DNA from: an uncultured bacterium
GTDB taxonomy: Bacteria; Zixibacteria; MSB-5A5; JAABVY01; JAHJOQ01
Direction of reading: 5' to 3'
Assembly: GCA_965369655.1 (NCBI GenBank)
Contig: CBDUQR010000020.1
Coordinates: forward strand, 1 to 48,823
Length of the DNA stretch: 48,823 nucleotides
The notes beneath the pieces were generated by a model that worked only from the letters and a program-made list of their open reading frames with translations, made no database searches and was not told the origin of the DNA. This document shows positions 37,267 to 46,988 of this stretch, piece by piece. The translations under genes were made by a program, and so were the position numbers. Position 1 is the stretch's first letter, and every line of letters begins with the position of its first letter.

Positions 37267-37883
37267 ATCGTTACTTCCGATTCTGCAGGTTCCTGGTGAA
37301 AATCCTCGCGAAGACTTTCCTCGGCTGGAGACATAGCGGCAGCGAACATATCCCCGCCTCTGGCGGCGTCATCATAGCCTCAAATCACGTGTCATATCTG
37401 GATCCGCCGCTTGTTGGTTCCGGAACGAGGAGAGAGGTCTATTTCCTCGGAAAGGAAGAACTGTTCGGCAAATGGTATTCCCCTATTCTTATCAGCAATT
37501 TGAACACGATTCCGGTCAGGCGTGGCAGGTTTGACCGCGCATCATACCTTAAAGTGATTGAGATTGCACGGAGAGGGGATGTGATGCTGCTGTTTCCCGA
37601 GGGTACGCGCTCGAAAGACGGAAAGCTCAGGGAGGGCAAGACCGGCGCGGCTAAGATCTCAATCGAGACCGGGGTGCCTGTCGTTCCAGCCTGTATCAGG
37701 AATTCAAACCGTCTCAAACAGGTTCTTTTTTCGGCTGACAGGGTTGAAGTACGATTCGGAAAGCCGATATATCCTTCGGAGTTCGACCCTGTGCAACCGG
37801 AAAAGGAGAAGCTGGCTCAGTTTACGGCAGAAATCATGCGGCGCATCGGGGAACTGTTCGACAGTCTCGATCGGATCGAGTGA
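37263..37883 (+). CDS. plsC: 1-acyl-sn-glycerol-3-phosphate acyltransferase
   Basis: NHVSYLDP, FPEGTRS. Confidence 0.9.
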   Translation: MNRYFRFCRFLVKILAKTFLGWRHSGSEHIPASGGVIIASNHVSYLDPPLVGSGTRREVYFLGKEELFGKWYSPILISNLNTIPVRRGRFDRASYLKVIEIARRGDVMLLFPEGTRSKDGKLREGKTGAAKISIETGVPVVPACIRNSNRLKQVLFSADRVEVRFGKPIYPSEFDPVQPEKEKLAQFTAEIMRRIGELFDSLDRIE

Positions 37884-37923
37884 AACCAGGCCTGACTACT
37901 GGCTTATATGCGCACAAAAGCGT

Positions 37924-37952
37924 TTGACAATGGCATGTGAAAAGACTATATA
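37924..37952 (+). promoter_or_regulatory. Probable sigma70 promoter of rpsA
   Basis: TTGACA-N17-TATATA; TAAGGAGG RBS downstream. Confidence 0.5.
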
Positions 37953-38007
37953 GCTCGTCTATAGCCTTCGTGGCAGAATGCTCGTATTAAGGAGGACTTA
38001 GCCCGAA

Positions 38008-40260
38008 ATGACAGAATTTGATGAAAACAAGGTCAGTGCTACTGCAAAGTCAGGAGGTGATGCCAGACAGGAGAACCTGCAGGCTGACAAGCCCAGGTCA
38101 AAGAAGGTCAAGACTGCTCAGAAGAAAGAGAAAGTAAGCAAGGCCGAGCAGAAAGCAAGAACGCTGGTCACCGAGCGTGCAAAGCAGATTGCTACCGCCG
38201 AGACCTCACGGAGACGTCGTGTCTCAGAGAAGGCGGCGGAGAGAAGCAGGGTCCCGGTTGCCACCGCTGCAGAGCCTGAGTTCGTTGAAGCTATGAAGCT
38301 TACCGATCTCGATCGAGAGGAATACTCCGAGGCTGAATTCGCGGAGTTGCTTGAGATGTACGATGAAACCCTCAGCGATCTCAAAGAGGGTGAAATCGTG
38401 CAGGGAACTGTCCTGGGTGTCTCCCGTGACGACGTCATAGTCGACGTTGGTTTCAAGTCGGAAGGCATTATTTCTATGTCGGAGTTTTCCGAGGTAGGAC
38501 AGATTCAGGTGGGGGATACCATCGATGTCTTTCTCGAGGCGGTCGAGGATCAGAACGGTCAGTTGGTACTGTCGAAACAAAAGGCTGATTTCCTGAGAGT
38601 CTGGGACAATATCCGGATTGCGCATGAATCCGGTAATCTCGTTCCGGGTAGGCTCGTCCGACGGATCAAGGGCGGTATCGTCGTGGATCTGTTCGGAGTC
38701 GACGCCTTCCTGCCGGGATCTCAAATAGCCCTTCGTCAGGTGCCGAATTTCGATGAGTTGATCGGTCAGCAAATGGAAGTCAAGATTATCAAGCTCAACA
38801 AGAACCGCCGCAATATTGTCGTGTCCAGGCGGGTAGTTCTCGAGGTAGAGCGAGAGGAGCTGCGTCAGAAACTCCTCAAAGAGATTGAGGTTGGTCAGGT
38901 GCGCGAGGGTGTGGTCAAGAATATCACGGACTTCGGCATATTCATTGATCTTGGAGGAGTCGATGGATTGCTCCACATCACTGATATGTCCTGGGGCCGC
39001 GTATCGCACCCATCCGAAATGGTCTCGCTCGGTGAGACCATCAATGTCAAGATTCTCGATTTTGACAAGGAAACCGGACGAATCTCGCTCGGACTGAAAC
39101 AGTTGACGCCATACCCGTGGGAGAACATCGAAGAGAAGTACCCTGTGGGCAAACGCATCACTGGCACAGTCGTATCTTTGACCGACTACGGCGCTTTTGT
39201 TGAGTTGGAAAAAGGAATAGAGGGACTCGTCCATATTTCGGAGATGTCCTGGACGCAACACATTAAACATCCGTCGAAGCTGATGCAGGTCCGCGACACG
39301 ATCGAGGCGGTCGTGCTGTCGGTGGACAAAGAGAACGAGAAAATCTCGCTTGGCATCAAGCAGATGGAGCCCGATCCCTGGCAGACGCTGAACGAGAAAT
39401 ATCCGGCCGGCGCCAGAATCAAGGGACGGGTACGCAATCTTACGACGTTTGGAGCATTCGTCGAGCTCGAATCGGGCATTGACGGCCTCGTTCACATTTC
39501 AGATATGTCCTGGACAAAGCGGATACAGCATCCTTCTGAGGTGATGAAGAAAGGCGATGTCGCAGAGGTCGTGGTGCTGCGTGTTGACAGAGAGAATCGC
39601 AGGATTTCTCTCGGATACAAGCAGCTCAGCGAAGATCCATGGCCGCAACTTTCCAAGAACTACGCGATAGGCGCCGAAGCGCTCGGAACTATCATTCGAC
39701 TGCTCGACAGAGGCGTTATCGTCGATCTGCCGGGCGGTGTCGAGGGGTTTGTTCCGGCCAATCAACTCGGGAAACTCGATCTTGAGAAACCAAACGATGC
39801 TTTCGAGATAAACGACGAGCTTCCGCTTCAGGTTATTGAGTTCGATCAGCCAGGGAGAAAAATCGTTCTTTCTGTCGATGCGTACTACAAGAAACGTGAG
39901 CGCACCGAGCTCGAACAGTATCTTTCCAAGCACGAGACGCGTGCCGTGACTCTGGCCGAAGCCGCAGGCGAGGATATCCCATCTGAAATCGTCGCGGAAA
40001 CGCTACCTGAACCTGCAGAGGTAAAGGTCGCAGAGCAACCAGAGGAAGCGCCGGCAGAGACCGAAACTGTAGCCGAAAGCTCGCAGGAGTCTACCGAGGT
40101 CGAGACCGAACCTGAAGCTGAAGTCGAGACCAAGGTCGAAGCTGAGGCTGGGGCTGGGGCTGGGGTCAAAGATGATACCATAGACGAGCCTGCTGAGGTC
40201 GCAGATAGCGAGCCTGATGATAAGGCTGCCTCTTCGGATGAAGAGGAAAAGACGGAGTAA
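38008..40260 (+). CDS. rpsA: 30S ribosomal protein S1 with basic N-terminal and acidic C-terminal extensions
   Basis: Six S1 domains (DVGFKSEG, AFLPGSQ, DGLLHITDMSW, EGLVHISEMSW, DGLVHISDMSW, EGFVP). Confidence 0.97.
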   Translation: MTEFDENKVSATAKSGGDARQENLQADKPRSKKVKTAQKKEKVSKAEQKARTLVTERAKQIATAETSRRRRVSEKAAERSRVPVATAAEPEFVEAMKLTDLDREEYSEAEFAELLEMYDETLSDLKEGEIVQGTVLGVSRDDVIVDVGFKSEGIISMSEFSEVGQIQVGDTIDVFLEAVEDQNGQLVLSKQKADFLRVWDNIRIAHESGNLVPGRLVRRIKGGIVVDLFGVDAFLPGSQIALRQVPNFDELIGQQMEVKIIKLNKNRRNIVVSRRVVLEVEREELRQKLLKEIEVGQVREGVVKNITDFGIFIDLGGVDGLLHITDMSWGRVSHPSEMVSLGETINVKILDFDKETGRISLGLKQLTPYPWENIEEKYPVGKRITGTVVSLTDYGAFVELEKGIEGLVHISEMSWTQHIKHPSKLMQVRDTIEAVVLSVDKENEKISLGIKQMEPDPWQTLNEKYPAGARIKGRVRNLTTFGAFVELESGIDGLVHISDMSWTKRIQHPSEVMKKGDVAEVVVLRVDRENRRISLGYKQLSEDPWPQLSKNYAIGAEALGTIIRLLDRGVIVDLPGGVEGFVPANQLGKLDLEKPNDAFEINDELPLQVIEFDQPGRKIVLSVDAYYKKRERTELEQYLSKHETRAVTLAEAAGEDIPSEIVAETLPEPAEVKVAEQPEEAPAETETVAESSQESTEVETEPEAEVETKVEAEAGAGAGVKDDTIDEPAEVADSEPDDKAASSDEEEKTE

Positions 40261-40279
40261 GTTCAATATAGCCGATGTC

Positions 40280-40309
40280 AACGGGCGGTGGTTTCACCGC
40301 CCGTTTTTT
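40280..40309 (+). terminator. Rho-independent terminator after rpsA
   Basis: aacgggcggtg-gttt-caccgcccgtt plus T run. Confidence 0.88.
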
Positions 40310-40477
40310 GTGTCCAGTCATTAGATTCCCACCGATGTATTCCTGCAGTAATCTCCGATAGCGTGGGAACAATATTCCCTGCGTCGGCTTCGCACTGTCC
40401 ATTCCGGTTATCACAACTCTTGCCGTAATTCCATCTGATTCAACAGGGTATCTCGCTTCGATGTCGCAAATTCGATG

Positions 40478-40494
40478 TTGGCATGCCGATTGCC
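40478..40494 (+). promoter_or_regulatory. Sigma54 (-24/-12) promoter of the flagellar operon
   Basis: TTGGCATGCCGATTGC: GG-N10-GC spacing, about 50 nt upstream of ATG 40546. Confidence 0.75.
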
Positions 40495-40545
40495 AAGAAC
40501 AGTGGCGGAGAATTAGCATCGTTGTACGCTTGAAAGGCTAAGACA

Positions 40546-41235
40546 ATGGCTGAAGAACAAGATATCAAATCAGAAGAAAGCAAAGAAGCAGCCCCCTCTG
40601 GGAAAACTGAGAAGTCGAAGTTGCCGATCCTCGTCGGCGCTGTCGGCACACTCATATTTGTATTGTTTGTGGCAATCTTCTCTATCAGCATGGGGGTCTT
40701 TTCTTCATCCAATGTTGCCCCCGATCCACACCAGCAGACAGAGGCAGATGCGAAAGATGCATCGGAGGAGCAATCGAAAGAGCCCGATTCATACGCTGGA
40801 TTCGACGAGTCGTATTACGATGATATCAATGCCATCGTTGATCCTGATCATTCAGACAGCAACGACACTCTTACTGCTGAAGACTCGCTTGCGCATCTGG
40901 CCTGGTATGAGAAGCAGAAGCGGGAGATCGATAGCGAACGTCGGAAACTCGAAATCGCACGCACCGAGAACGAAGAACTCAGGTATGAGACGATGAAACT
41001 TCTCGAAGAGCGTAAGTATATCGAGGAGGCTAACACTTCCCAGATGGCCAAGTTGTTCGATTCAATGAAGGCGGACAAGGTGGCTGAAATCATGAAAAAC
41101 ATGTCCGATGATCAGGTTGGAATGATCCTGATGAAGATGAAAAAACAAAATGCATCCAAAGTGTTCGCCGAAATACCGGCGGATCGCGCAGCGAGAATCA
41201 CGCTGCATATGATAAATCTCGCGGAAGGTTACTAA
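40546..41235 (+). CDS. Flagellar MotE/FlbB-like protein (TM, coiled coil, MgtE_N-like domain)
   Basis: MAKLFDSMKADKVAEIM...ILMKMKKQNASKVF..I.ADRAARIT; located upstream of fliK. Confidence 0.75.
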   Translation: MAEEQDIKSEESKEAAPSGKTEKSKLPILVGAVGTLIFVLFVAIFSISMGVFSSSNVAPDPHQQTEADAKDASEEQSKEPDSYAGFDESYYDDINAIVDPDHSDSNDTLTAEDSLAHLAWYEKQKREIDSERRKLEIARTENEELRYETMKLLEERKYIEEANTSQMAKLFDSMKADKVAEIMKNMSDDQVGMILMKMKKQNASKVFAEIPADRAARITLHMINLAEGY

Positions 41236-41241
41236 GGCTCG

Positions 41242-43005
41242 ATGAACGATTTGATGGCGTACATACTCGGCTCGGGACTTCCGAAACAGGCGGATGGCCT
41301 GCTTCCTGTCGCGCAGGATGCTCAGGCGGAGCCTGCAGTTGTCGACTTCAGGGACTTCATGGCCTCCATGCTGTCATCAGAAACACCTAACCTGCCTGCG
41401 GAATTAGTACCGATCAGTGACGAGGCATCAGATGATGCAGAGTCGGCGATTGCGCAGCAGGACGTCAATGGCGCGGGAGTACTGAACGGTATACCCTTGA
41501 CGCTTCATGTCGAGGGAGTTTCGCAACTGATCCCAGGGCAGCCAGACCAGGCCAATACGGATCAGACAGAAGAAGATGTCAGGCCTGCCTGTCGGATTAC
41601 GCCGATGGTTTTTGATATCGAATCAGGCGAGAATGAATCAAACAGAACAGTCGCGATCTCTGAGCCTCCCATCGACGCGGCGAAAGAGACGCAGCGGATC
41701 TCTCCGGATATCGTTCAGGATAAGCATACTGTAATACCCGATGTCACGATACCCAGTCAGCAAAGCGGTAAGATACTGCCGGTCGAACTGCATGTAGACG
41801 TCGTCGAATCGATTGAAGATATGTCAGAGCGTGATGAGATTCGGAAGATTGTGGAGTCGGCTAAAGTCGAAATCCATGTCGCTGAGAGGCTGACGCCCGA
41901 CAAGAATCCGATCGCCATCACATCCGATCCCAATCCACTGCCGCGTCATACGACGCCGGAACCGCAGCCTGCGATAACAATCAGGCTCGAAACCGACGGC
42001 AAGACGATAGCGTTGCCTGTCATACTGGATGAGACTCGGACCGAGGACCGGCTGACGCTCAGAATTGATGACCAGGGGAAGGCACGGCTCTCCGGACCGG
42101 TCAGGGAGATGATTGACAGCATTCCTCGTGCGGATACGCCGGATAGAATCATGAAGCGCGCTGAGATAACAGTTGCGCGAGTTATTCATGTCAGTCAGCC
42201 TGAGAGACTCCTGAAGGAACTTTCGCCGAAGAGCTTTGCTCGAGATAACGTGATCGATATCCGCCCCGCGAATGGGGAGACTCCGAGGTCGATATCTCCA
42301 ACACTCGAATCGGGTACGCGAACTGATCTCGATTCCGGTCGATATGGCTATGAGCGTGCCGACAAGAGGGGCGTTTCGCTGACGAGGATCGATATCGCAA
42401 AACAGACTGTCTCTCAGGATGCATCAATAGAGAAATTCGTCAGAGAGATTGAATTGCAGGTTGGCAGGGAGACTTCAGACAGGCAGTCTCAGATTCCGAT
42501 CGCGAAGGACGCACTCGGAAAGCCGATGGTTTTCTCGCAGGAAGTTGTCAAACCACCTGAAATGCCTGCCAGGCCTCTGTTCGAGACAGTGAAGTTCAAG
42601 GTTCAGTTGCCTGATTCCGGGCTGAAGATCACAGAGATCAGCACGTTCAAGGTCAGCATCAAGCCGGAATCGCTCGGAAGCATGCGCGTGCATCTTGTGG
42701 TCGTCGATAACAATCTGACCGCGCGTATCGATGTCGAATCGGTTGCGGCCAGGAACGTGGTGGAAAGTAATCTGAACACGCTGAGAGACACTCTGGCTCA
42801 GCAGGGCATCAGGGTGGAGAGTTTTTCGGTAAACATCGCAGATAGTGGAAACAGAAACAATGGCTCCAGACACGGCGCACCGGTGAAGAAAGGCAGATAT
42901 GTCCGAGAGGTAGAATCGTCAGAGGATTCGCCTGTGATGGGGATAAGTACGAGCCTTTCATCGAACGGCAACAATCTGACCGGCAGCCTGAGTCTGGTAG
43001 CATAG
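41242..43005 (+). CDS. fliK: Flagellar hook-length control protein
   Basis: C-terminal IKPESLGSMRVHL...LRDTLAQQGIRVESFSV; located upstream of flgD. Confidence 0.85.
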   Translation: MNDLMAYILGSGLPKQADGLLPVAQDAQAEPAVVDFRDFMASMLSSETPNLPAELVPISDEASDDAESAIAQQDVNGAGVLNGIPLTLHVEGVSQLIPGQPDQANTDQTEEDVRPACRITPMVFDIESGENESNRTVAISEPPIDAAKETQRISPDIVQDKHTVIPDVTIPSQQSGKILPVELHVDVVESIEDMSERDEIRKIVESAKVEIHVAERLTPDKNPIAITSDPNPLPRHTTPEPQPAITIRLETDGKTIALPVILDETRTEDRLTLRIDDQGKARLSGPVREMIDSIPRADTPDRIMKRAEITVARVIHVSQPERLLKELSPKSFARDNVIDIRPANGETPRSISPTLESGTRTDLDSGRYGYERADKRGVSLTRIDIAKQTVSQDASIEKFVREIELQVGRETSDRQSQIPIAKDALGKPMVFSQEVVKPPEMPARPLFETVKFKVQLPDSGLKITEISTFKVSIKPESLGSMRVHLVVVDNNLTARIDVESVAARNVVESNLNTLRDTLAQQGIRVESFSVNIADSGNRNNGSRHGAPVKKGRYVREVESSEDSPVMGISTSLSSNGNNLTGSLSLVA

Positions 43006-43012
43006 TGGGGTA

Positions 43013-43753
43013 TTGAATATGTTTGATCCAGAAATTCAGTCACAGAGCATTGCGAATATGACAACGTTCACCGGTCTGCAAAACCAGTCGCGTGTTCATA
43101 GTCTCGGCAAGGATGAATTCCTGCAGATGCTCATCACGCAGCTCAGGCACCAGGATCCGATGAATCCTGTGGACGATCAGAGTTTCATCGCCGATCTGGC
43201 GCAGTTCTCATCGCTCGAGCAGATGACGAACATGAATGCGACCCTGACCGAAAACCTGAACTGGAACTACTTGCTTTCGCAGACAATCAACAACACCATG
43301 GCGACGTCGCTCATCGGCCACCAGGTGAAAGCAGCCGGGAATGAGATATACCTCCCGAATGATGGTGACGCCAAACTCAACTACAAACTTGGTGAATTTG
43401 CCGAACAGGTCACGATCGATATCTTCGACGGCAGCGGTGACAAGGTCGCTACGTACACAATCGACAAAGTTGGCAAGGGCGATCAGGTGTTCGAGTGGGA
43501 TGGTTGGTCGCTTAGCGGATCGCGTGCTCAAGCCGGCACATACTCTTTCTCGATCACTGCGACGAATGCCAACGGTGATGCGATTGTCTCAATTCCGTAC
43601 ATACTTGGAATAGCAGACGGCGTTCAATATCAGAATGGTCAGGCGTACCTGCTCATCGATGGCACGAGTGTTCCTCTCGGCGATGTGATCGAAGTCGGAG
43701 CTGTTGCTGAGGAGGAAGAGACAGAAGAGGAGACGGAGGACGAAGATGGTTAA
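43013..43753 (+). CDS. flgD: Flagellar hook capping protein
   Basis: LGKDEFLQMLITQLRHQDPMNP, LAQFSSLEQM, WDG; start may be ATG 43019. Confidence 0.95.
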   Translation: MNMFDPEIQSQSIANMTTFTGLQNQSRVHSLGKDEFLQMLITQLRHQDPMNPVDDQSFIADLAQFSSLEQMTNMNATLTENLNWNYLLSQTINNTMATSLIGHQVKAAGNEIYLPNDGDAKLNYKLGEFAEQVTIDIFDGSGDKVATYTIDKVGKGDQVFEWDGWSLSGSRAQAGTYSFSITATNANGDAIVSIPYILGIADGVQYQNGQAYLLIDGTSVPLGDVIEVGAVAEEEETEEETEDEDG

Positions 43754-44105
43754 TCAGATTGGGAAAGTCGATCAGACGGTTCCCGGTCTCAAGCAGCCCG
43801 GTGTTTCCGGCGGTCCCGTTGTCAGCGAAGACTTCTCGCGGCTTCTCAACAGCAGTCTCAAGTTCTCGAAACACGTCTTCGACCGAATCGAACGGCGGCA
43901 GATCGACATGAGTGCGGACAGACTCAACCGTCTCGAAAGCGCGGTCGACAAAGCCGCAGCCAAAGGCGCTCGCGAGTCGCTTGTGCTGCTCAATGATCTG
44001 GCGGTGCTGGTTTCGGTCAGGAACAGGACAGTCATTACCGCAATGGAACGAGAAAACATGAAAGAAGGTGTCTTCACCCAAATCGACAGCGCAGTTATTG
44101 TGTAG
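43746..44105 (+). CDS. Flagellar operon protein (TIGR02530 family)
   Basis: LKFSKH..R..RRQI, KGARESLVL, VSVRNRTVITAM, VFTQIDSAV; between flgD and flgE. Confidence 0.88.
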   Translation: MVNQIGKVDQTVPGLKQPGVSGGPVVSEDFSRLLNSSLKFSKHVFDRIERRQIDMSADRLNRLESAVDKAAAKGARESLVLLNDLAVLVSVRNRTVITAMERENMKEGVFTQIDSAVIV

Positions 44106-44116
44106 TAACGGATAAT

Positions 44117-44154
44117 GCATGTCAGGCTGGACCTCCTTGAGGAAGCCTGAATGC
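44117..44154 (+). promoter_or_regulatory. Stem-loop in the flgE leader
   Basis: gcat-g-tcaggct-gga-cctc-ctt-gagg-a-agcctga-atgc; ends immediately before the flgE RBS (GAGGAGG). Confidence 0.55.
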
Positions 44155-44168
44155 GAGGAGGCAACATT

Positions 44169-46127
44169 ATGATTAGTTCACTGTTTTCAGGAGCATCAGG
44201 ACTCCGCAACCACGTTGTACGTATGGATGTAATCGGTAACAACATCGCAAACGTCAACTCAGTCGGCTACAAGCGAAGCCGGACACTGTTTCAGGAATCG
44301 CTCATCCAGACGCTGAGGGGCGCCGGAAGGCCATCGTCGGTTAGTGGAGGAACGAACCCGGTTCAGCGGGGACTCGGAATGAGTGTAGCGTCGATCGACA
44401 ACATATTCACTCAGGGCGGTCTCGAAACAAGCGGCCAGATTACGGACCTTGCAATACAGGGAACTGGGTTCTTCGTTCTTTCCGATGGCAGACAGAACTT
44501 TTTCTCGAGGGCGGGATCGTTCGGATTCGACGGCAACAGCGATATGGTGAGCACGTCAAACGGACTGTATGTCCAGGGCAAGATGGCTAATTCGTCGGGC
44601 GAAATCCCGCCGATGGCGACAGTAGGTAGTATCCATCTCCCATTCGGCCAGCAGGATCCGGCAAAAGAGACAACTTCGATTCACCTCGTGAATAACCTGA
44701 ATTCCGTAGCGACCAACTCCACTGCCACACTGACATCTCCCGGAACCACTAATATCGACAGTGTGTCCGGTCAAGCGAGAGATGGCTCCGGTGGAATTCA
44801 TACTATAACTATCACCGGTAACCAGGCGACACAAAGCACGGCGGTTTCTGCAGTAAGCGGTCTGACCGGCACAGAGACCCTGCAGAGTCTCGGGGTAACA
44901 CTCGACGGTCTTAATGAGGCCACGTCTGTTTCGGTCGATAACGCGTCACAGTCGACATACCTGACAGGACTCGCGCTGACTTCGACTGTGAACGAGTTGG
45001 TCAGCGCAATCAACAAAGTTCCAGGCGTAGAAGCTGAACTCGACGCCAGCGGCGCTATCAGCATTACGAGAACGTACGCAGGAGCAGGCGCCAACAGGAA
45101 TGTCGTTCTTACAAGTACAAACACGGATGAATTGACCGGAACGAGCGCACCAGCAAACGAGACAATCGTAGGCGTCTTGTTCGATGCGAACCCGTTGACT
45201 GCATCATTCACGGCGAACAGCGGCACGGCTCACGACATGCTGGCCACGGATGTATTCATGCCGAACTACGGCTCTGCTCCCGCATCTACCATTCTTGATC
45301 TGGAAATCAACGAGACCACCGGTCTTGTCTACGGCATTGACGGTCTGGGAGGCGGTAACGTGTCCATCAGATCAAACAGTGCGCTGACAGCGGGAGTTGC
45401 GACGATAGCTACGAGTGACACTCAGTATTCAACATCCTCTGTCGTATACGACTCGCAGGGTGACAAACATACGCTGGTGCTGACATTCACGAAGCTGGTC
45501 TCCAGCAACTCCTGGGTGTGGGGGGCGACTCTTGGCGGGAATGAGCAGATAGTGTACGGAGACAAGGGGACTGTGAAGTTCAATAGTGACGGCTCACTTA
45601 ATTCATTCGACTTCGACGGCGGCGGAAATGCCATAGGGATTAACCCAAAAAACGGCGCGGAGTTGATGGTCATTCAGTTTGGTGCCGGCGTCGCAGGAGA
45701 CTTCACCGGGCTGACCGGATTTGCGTCGACATCGACCGCCTCGGTCGGGAACCAGGATGGATACGGACTCGGTGTTCTCGATAAGATCGCGATCGATCCG
45801 ACTGGCAAAATACTCGGAATCTTTACGAACGGCGTCACGCGAACTCTGGCCCAACTTGTTCTGGCAAGTTTCAGCAACGACCAGGGGTTGAGCAAGGAAG
45901 GCGCGTCGATGTACAAGGAGACCGCTAACTCCGGTGAGGCATTCATAGGCGTCCCGGGAGAGACGGTGTCGGCGAAGATTTCGTCCGGTGCGCTTGAAGC
46001 GTCGAATGTCGATTTGGCAGAGGAGTTCACCGGAATGATCATCGCTCAGAGAGGATATCAGGCGAATGCTCGTGTCATCACAATATCAGACAGCATGCTT
46101 GAAGAGCTGGTCAATCTCAAGAGGTAA
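44169..46127 (+). CDS. flgE: Flagellar hook protein
   Basis: SLFSGASGL..MDVIGNNIANVN, DLAIQGTGFF, SRAGSF, LEASNVDLAEEFT.MI.AQRGYQAN. Confidence 0.96.
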   Translation: MISSLFSGASGLRNHVVRMDVIGNNIANVNSVGYKRSRTLFQESLIQTLRGAGRPSSVSGGTNPVQRGLGMSVASIDNIFTQGGLETSGQITDLAIQGTGFFVLSDGRQNFFSRAGSFGFDGNSDMVSTSNGLYVQGKMANSSGEIPPMATVGSIHLPFGQQDPAKETTSIHLVNNLNSVATNSTATLTSPGTTNIDSVSGQARDGSGGIHTITITGNQATQSTAVSAVSGLTGTETLQSLGVTLDGLNEATSVSVDNASQSTYLTGLALTSTVNELVSAINKVPGVEAELDASGAISITRTYAGAGANRNVVLTSTNTDELTGTSAPANETIVGVLFDANPLTASFTANSGTAHDMLATDVFMPNYGSAPASTILDLEINETTGLVYGIDGLGGGNVSIRSNSALTAGVATIATSDTQYSTSSVVYDSQGDKHTLVLTFTKLVSSNSWVWGATLGGNEQIVYGDKGTVKFNSDGSLNSFDFDGGGNAIGINPKNGAELMVIQFGAGVAGDFTGLTGFASTSTASVGNQDGYGLGVLDKIAIDPTGKILGIFTNGVTRTLAQLVLASFSNDQGLSKEGASMYKETANSGEAFIGVPGETVSAKISSGALEASNVDLAEEFTGMIIAQRGYQANARVITISDSMLEELVNLKR

Positions 46128-46129
46128 TC

Positions 46130-46339
46130 ATGATTAAGGTAACTCGCTTAAATGATGCGCAGCTCGTGATTAACGCCGATCTCATCGAGTTTGTCGAGGC
46201 GATTCCCGACACGATAATCAGCCTGACGACGGGTAAGAAGATCATGGTTAAGGAATCAATTGATGACGTCATTGAGAGCGTCGCTCGGTTCAAACGTCTC
46301 TCGACCGGATTGGTGGTCGAGAAAGATGTCAGCGCATGA
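46130..46339 (+). CDS. flbD: Flagellar FlbD family protein
   Basis: MIKVTRLN..INADLIEFVEA.PDTII.L..GKK..VKES. Confidence 0.9.
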   Translation: MIKVTRLNDAQLVINADLIEFVEAIPDTIISLTTGKKIMVKESIDDVIESVARFKRLSTGLVVEKDVSA

Positions 46340-46353
46340 AACAGGAGTGACAA

Positions 46354-46977
46354 ATGCCGGAAGCAACTGAAACAGAAAAGCCGGAGGTGAGCACTCAGCC
46401 CAAAGCGCCAAAGGTCAAGTTGATCGGGGGGTTGGATATTACTCAGCTTCTGATCAAAGTGTCGGTGATAGCCGCTATCGCAATGGTGGCTGTTCTTGCG
46501 GCCTTTATCGTTACGACGAAAGTGCTTAAGCCAATGCTTGCCAACAAACCACCGACGGCTGAGGAACTGGCTGTCGCAGTGCAAGAAGAAGAAGAGCAGC
46601 AACCCGATGAAAGTCACGACGCCGTCGAGGAGAGTGTTGAGGAGAGCGTTGAGGAGAGTGTTGAGGAGAGCGGCGAGGAGCACATGTTTGAAATCGAACA
46701 GATCATAGTGAATCCGGCCGGCACGGTCGGTTCTCGATTCCTGTCTTGTTCTGTGGCGTTTGAGATCGGGAGCGAGGAAGACCTGAGTGTATTCGAGAAG
46801 AAGGAAATCAAGATTCGAGACGCTCTGATCTCCGTTCTAACGGCCAGGACGGTCGACGAACTTGCCGATCCCCGACTTCGTGAGCCTCTGCGCAGGCAGA
46901 TACTTGCTCGGGTCAACAAGCTGACTGAACCGGCCACAGCGTCGGCAGTCTATTTCAAGGACTTCGTTCTTCAGTAG
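46354..46977 (+). CDS. fliL: Flagellar basal body-associated protein
   Basis: N-terminal TM; IIVNPAG...RFL, IRDALI..L, VYFKDFVLQ. Confidence 0.92.
   Translation: MPEATETEKPEVSTQPKAPKVKLIGGLDITQLLIKVSVIAAIAMVAVLAAFIVTTKVLKPMLANKPPTAEELAVAVQEEEEQQPDESHDAVEESVEESVEESVEESGEEHMFEIEQIIVNPAGTVGSRFLSCSVAFEIGSEEDLSVFEKKEIKIRDALISVLTARTVDELADPRLREPLRRQILARVNKLTEPATASAVYFKDFVLQ
46624..46671 (+). repeat. In-frame 12-bp tandem repeat x4 encoding (VEES)4 in fliL
   Basis: gtYgaggagagY repeated four times. Confidence 0.85.
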
Positions 46978-46988
46978 CAGGTGAAATA

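Noticed and set aside
38224-39495. 423-aa antisense ORF (likewise 33369-34223, 5955-6713, 7886-8857, 9089-9985)
   Set aside because: Antisense shadows of rpsA, trpS, ETF-QO, SDR and M20 genes with no recognisable motifs.
40147-40164. (GCTGGG)3 repeat in rpsA
   Set aside because: In-frame low-complexity AGAGAG in a disordered tail; no phase-variation consequence.
40310-40470. Possible c-di-GMP riboswitch upstream of the flagellar operon
   Set aside because: No GEMM-like motif recognisable, and the region lies upstream of the sigma54 promoter; only weak inverted repeats.
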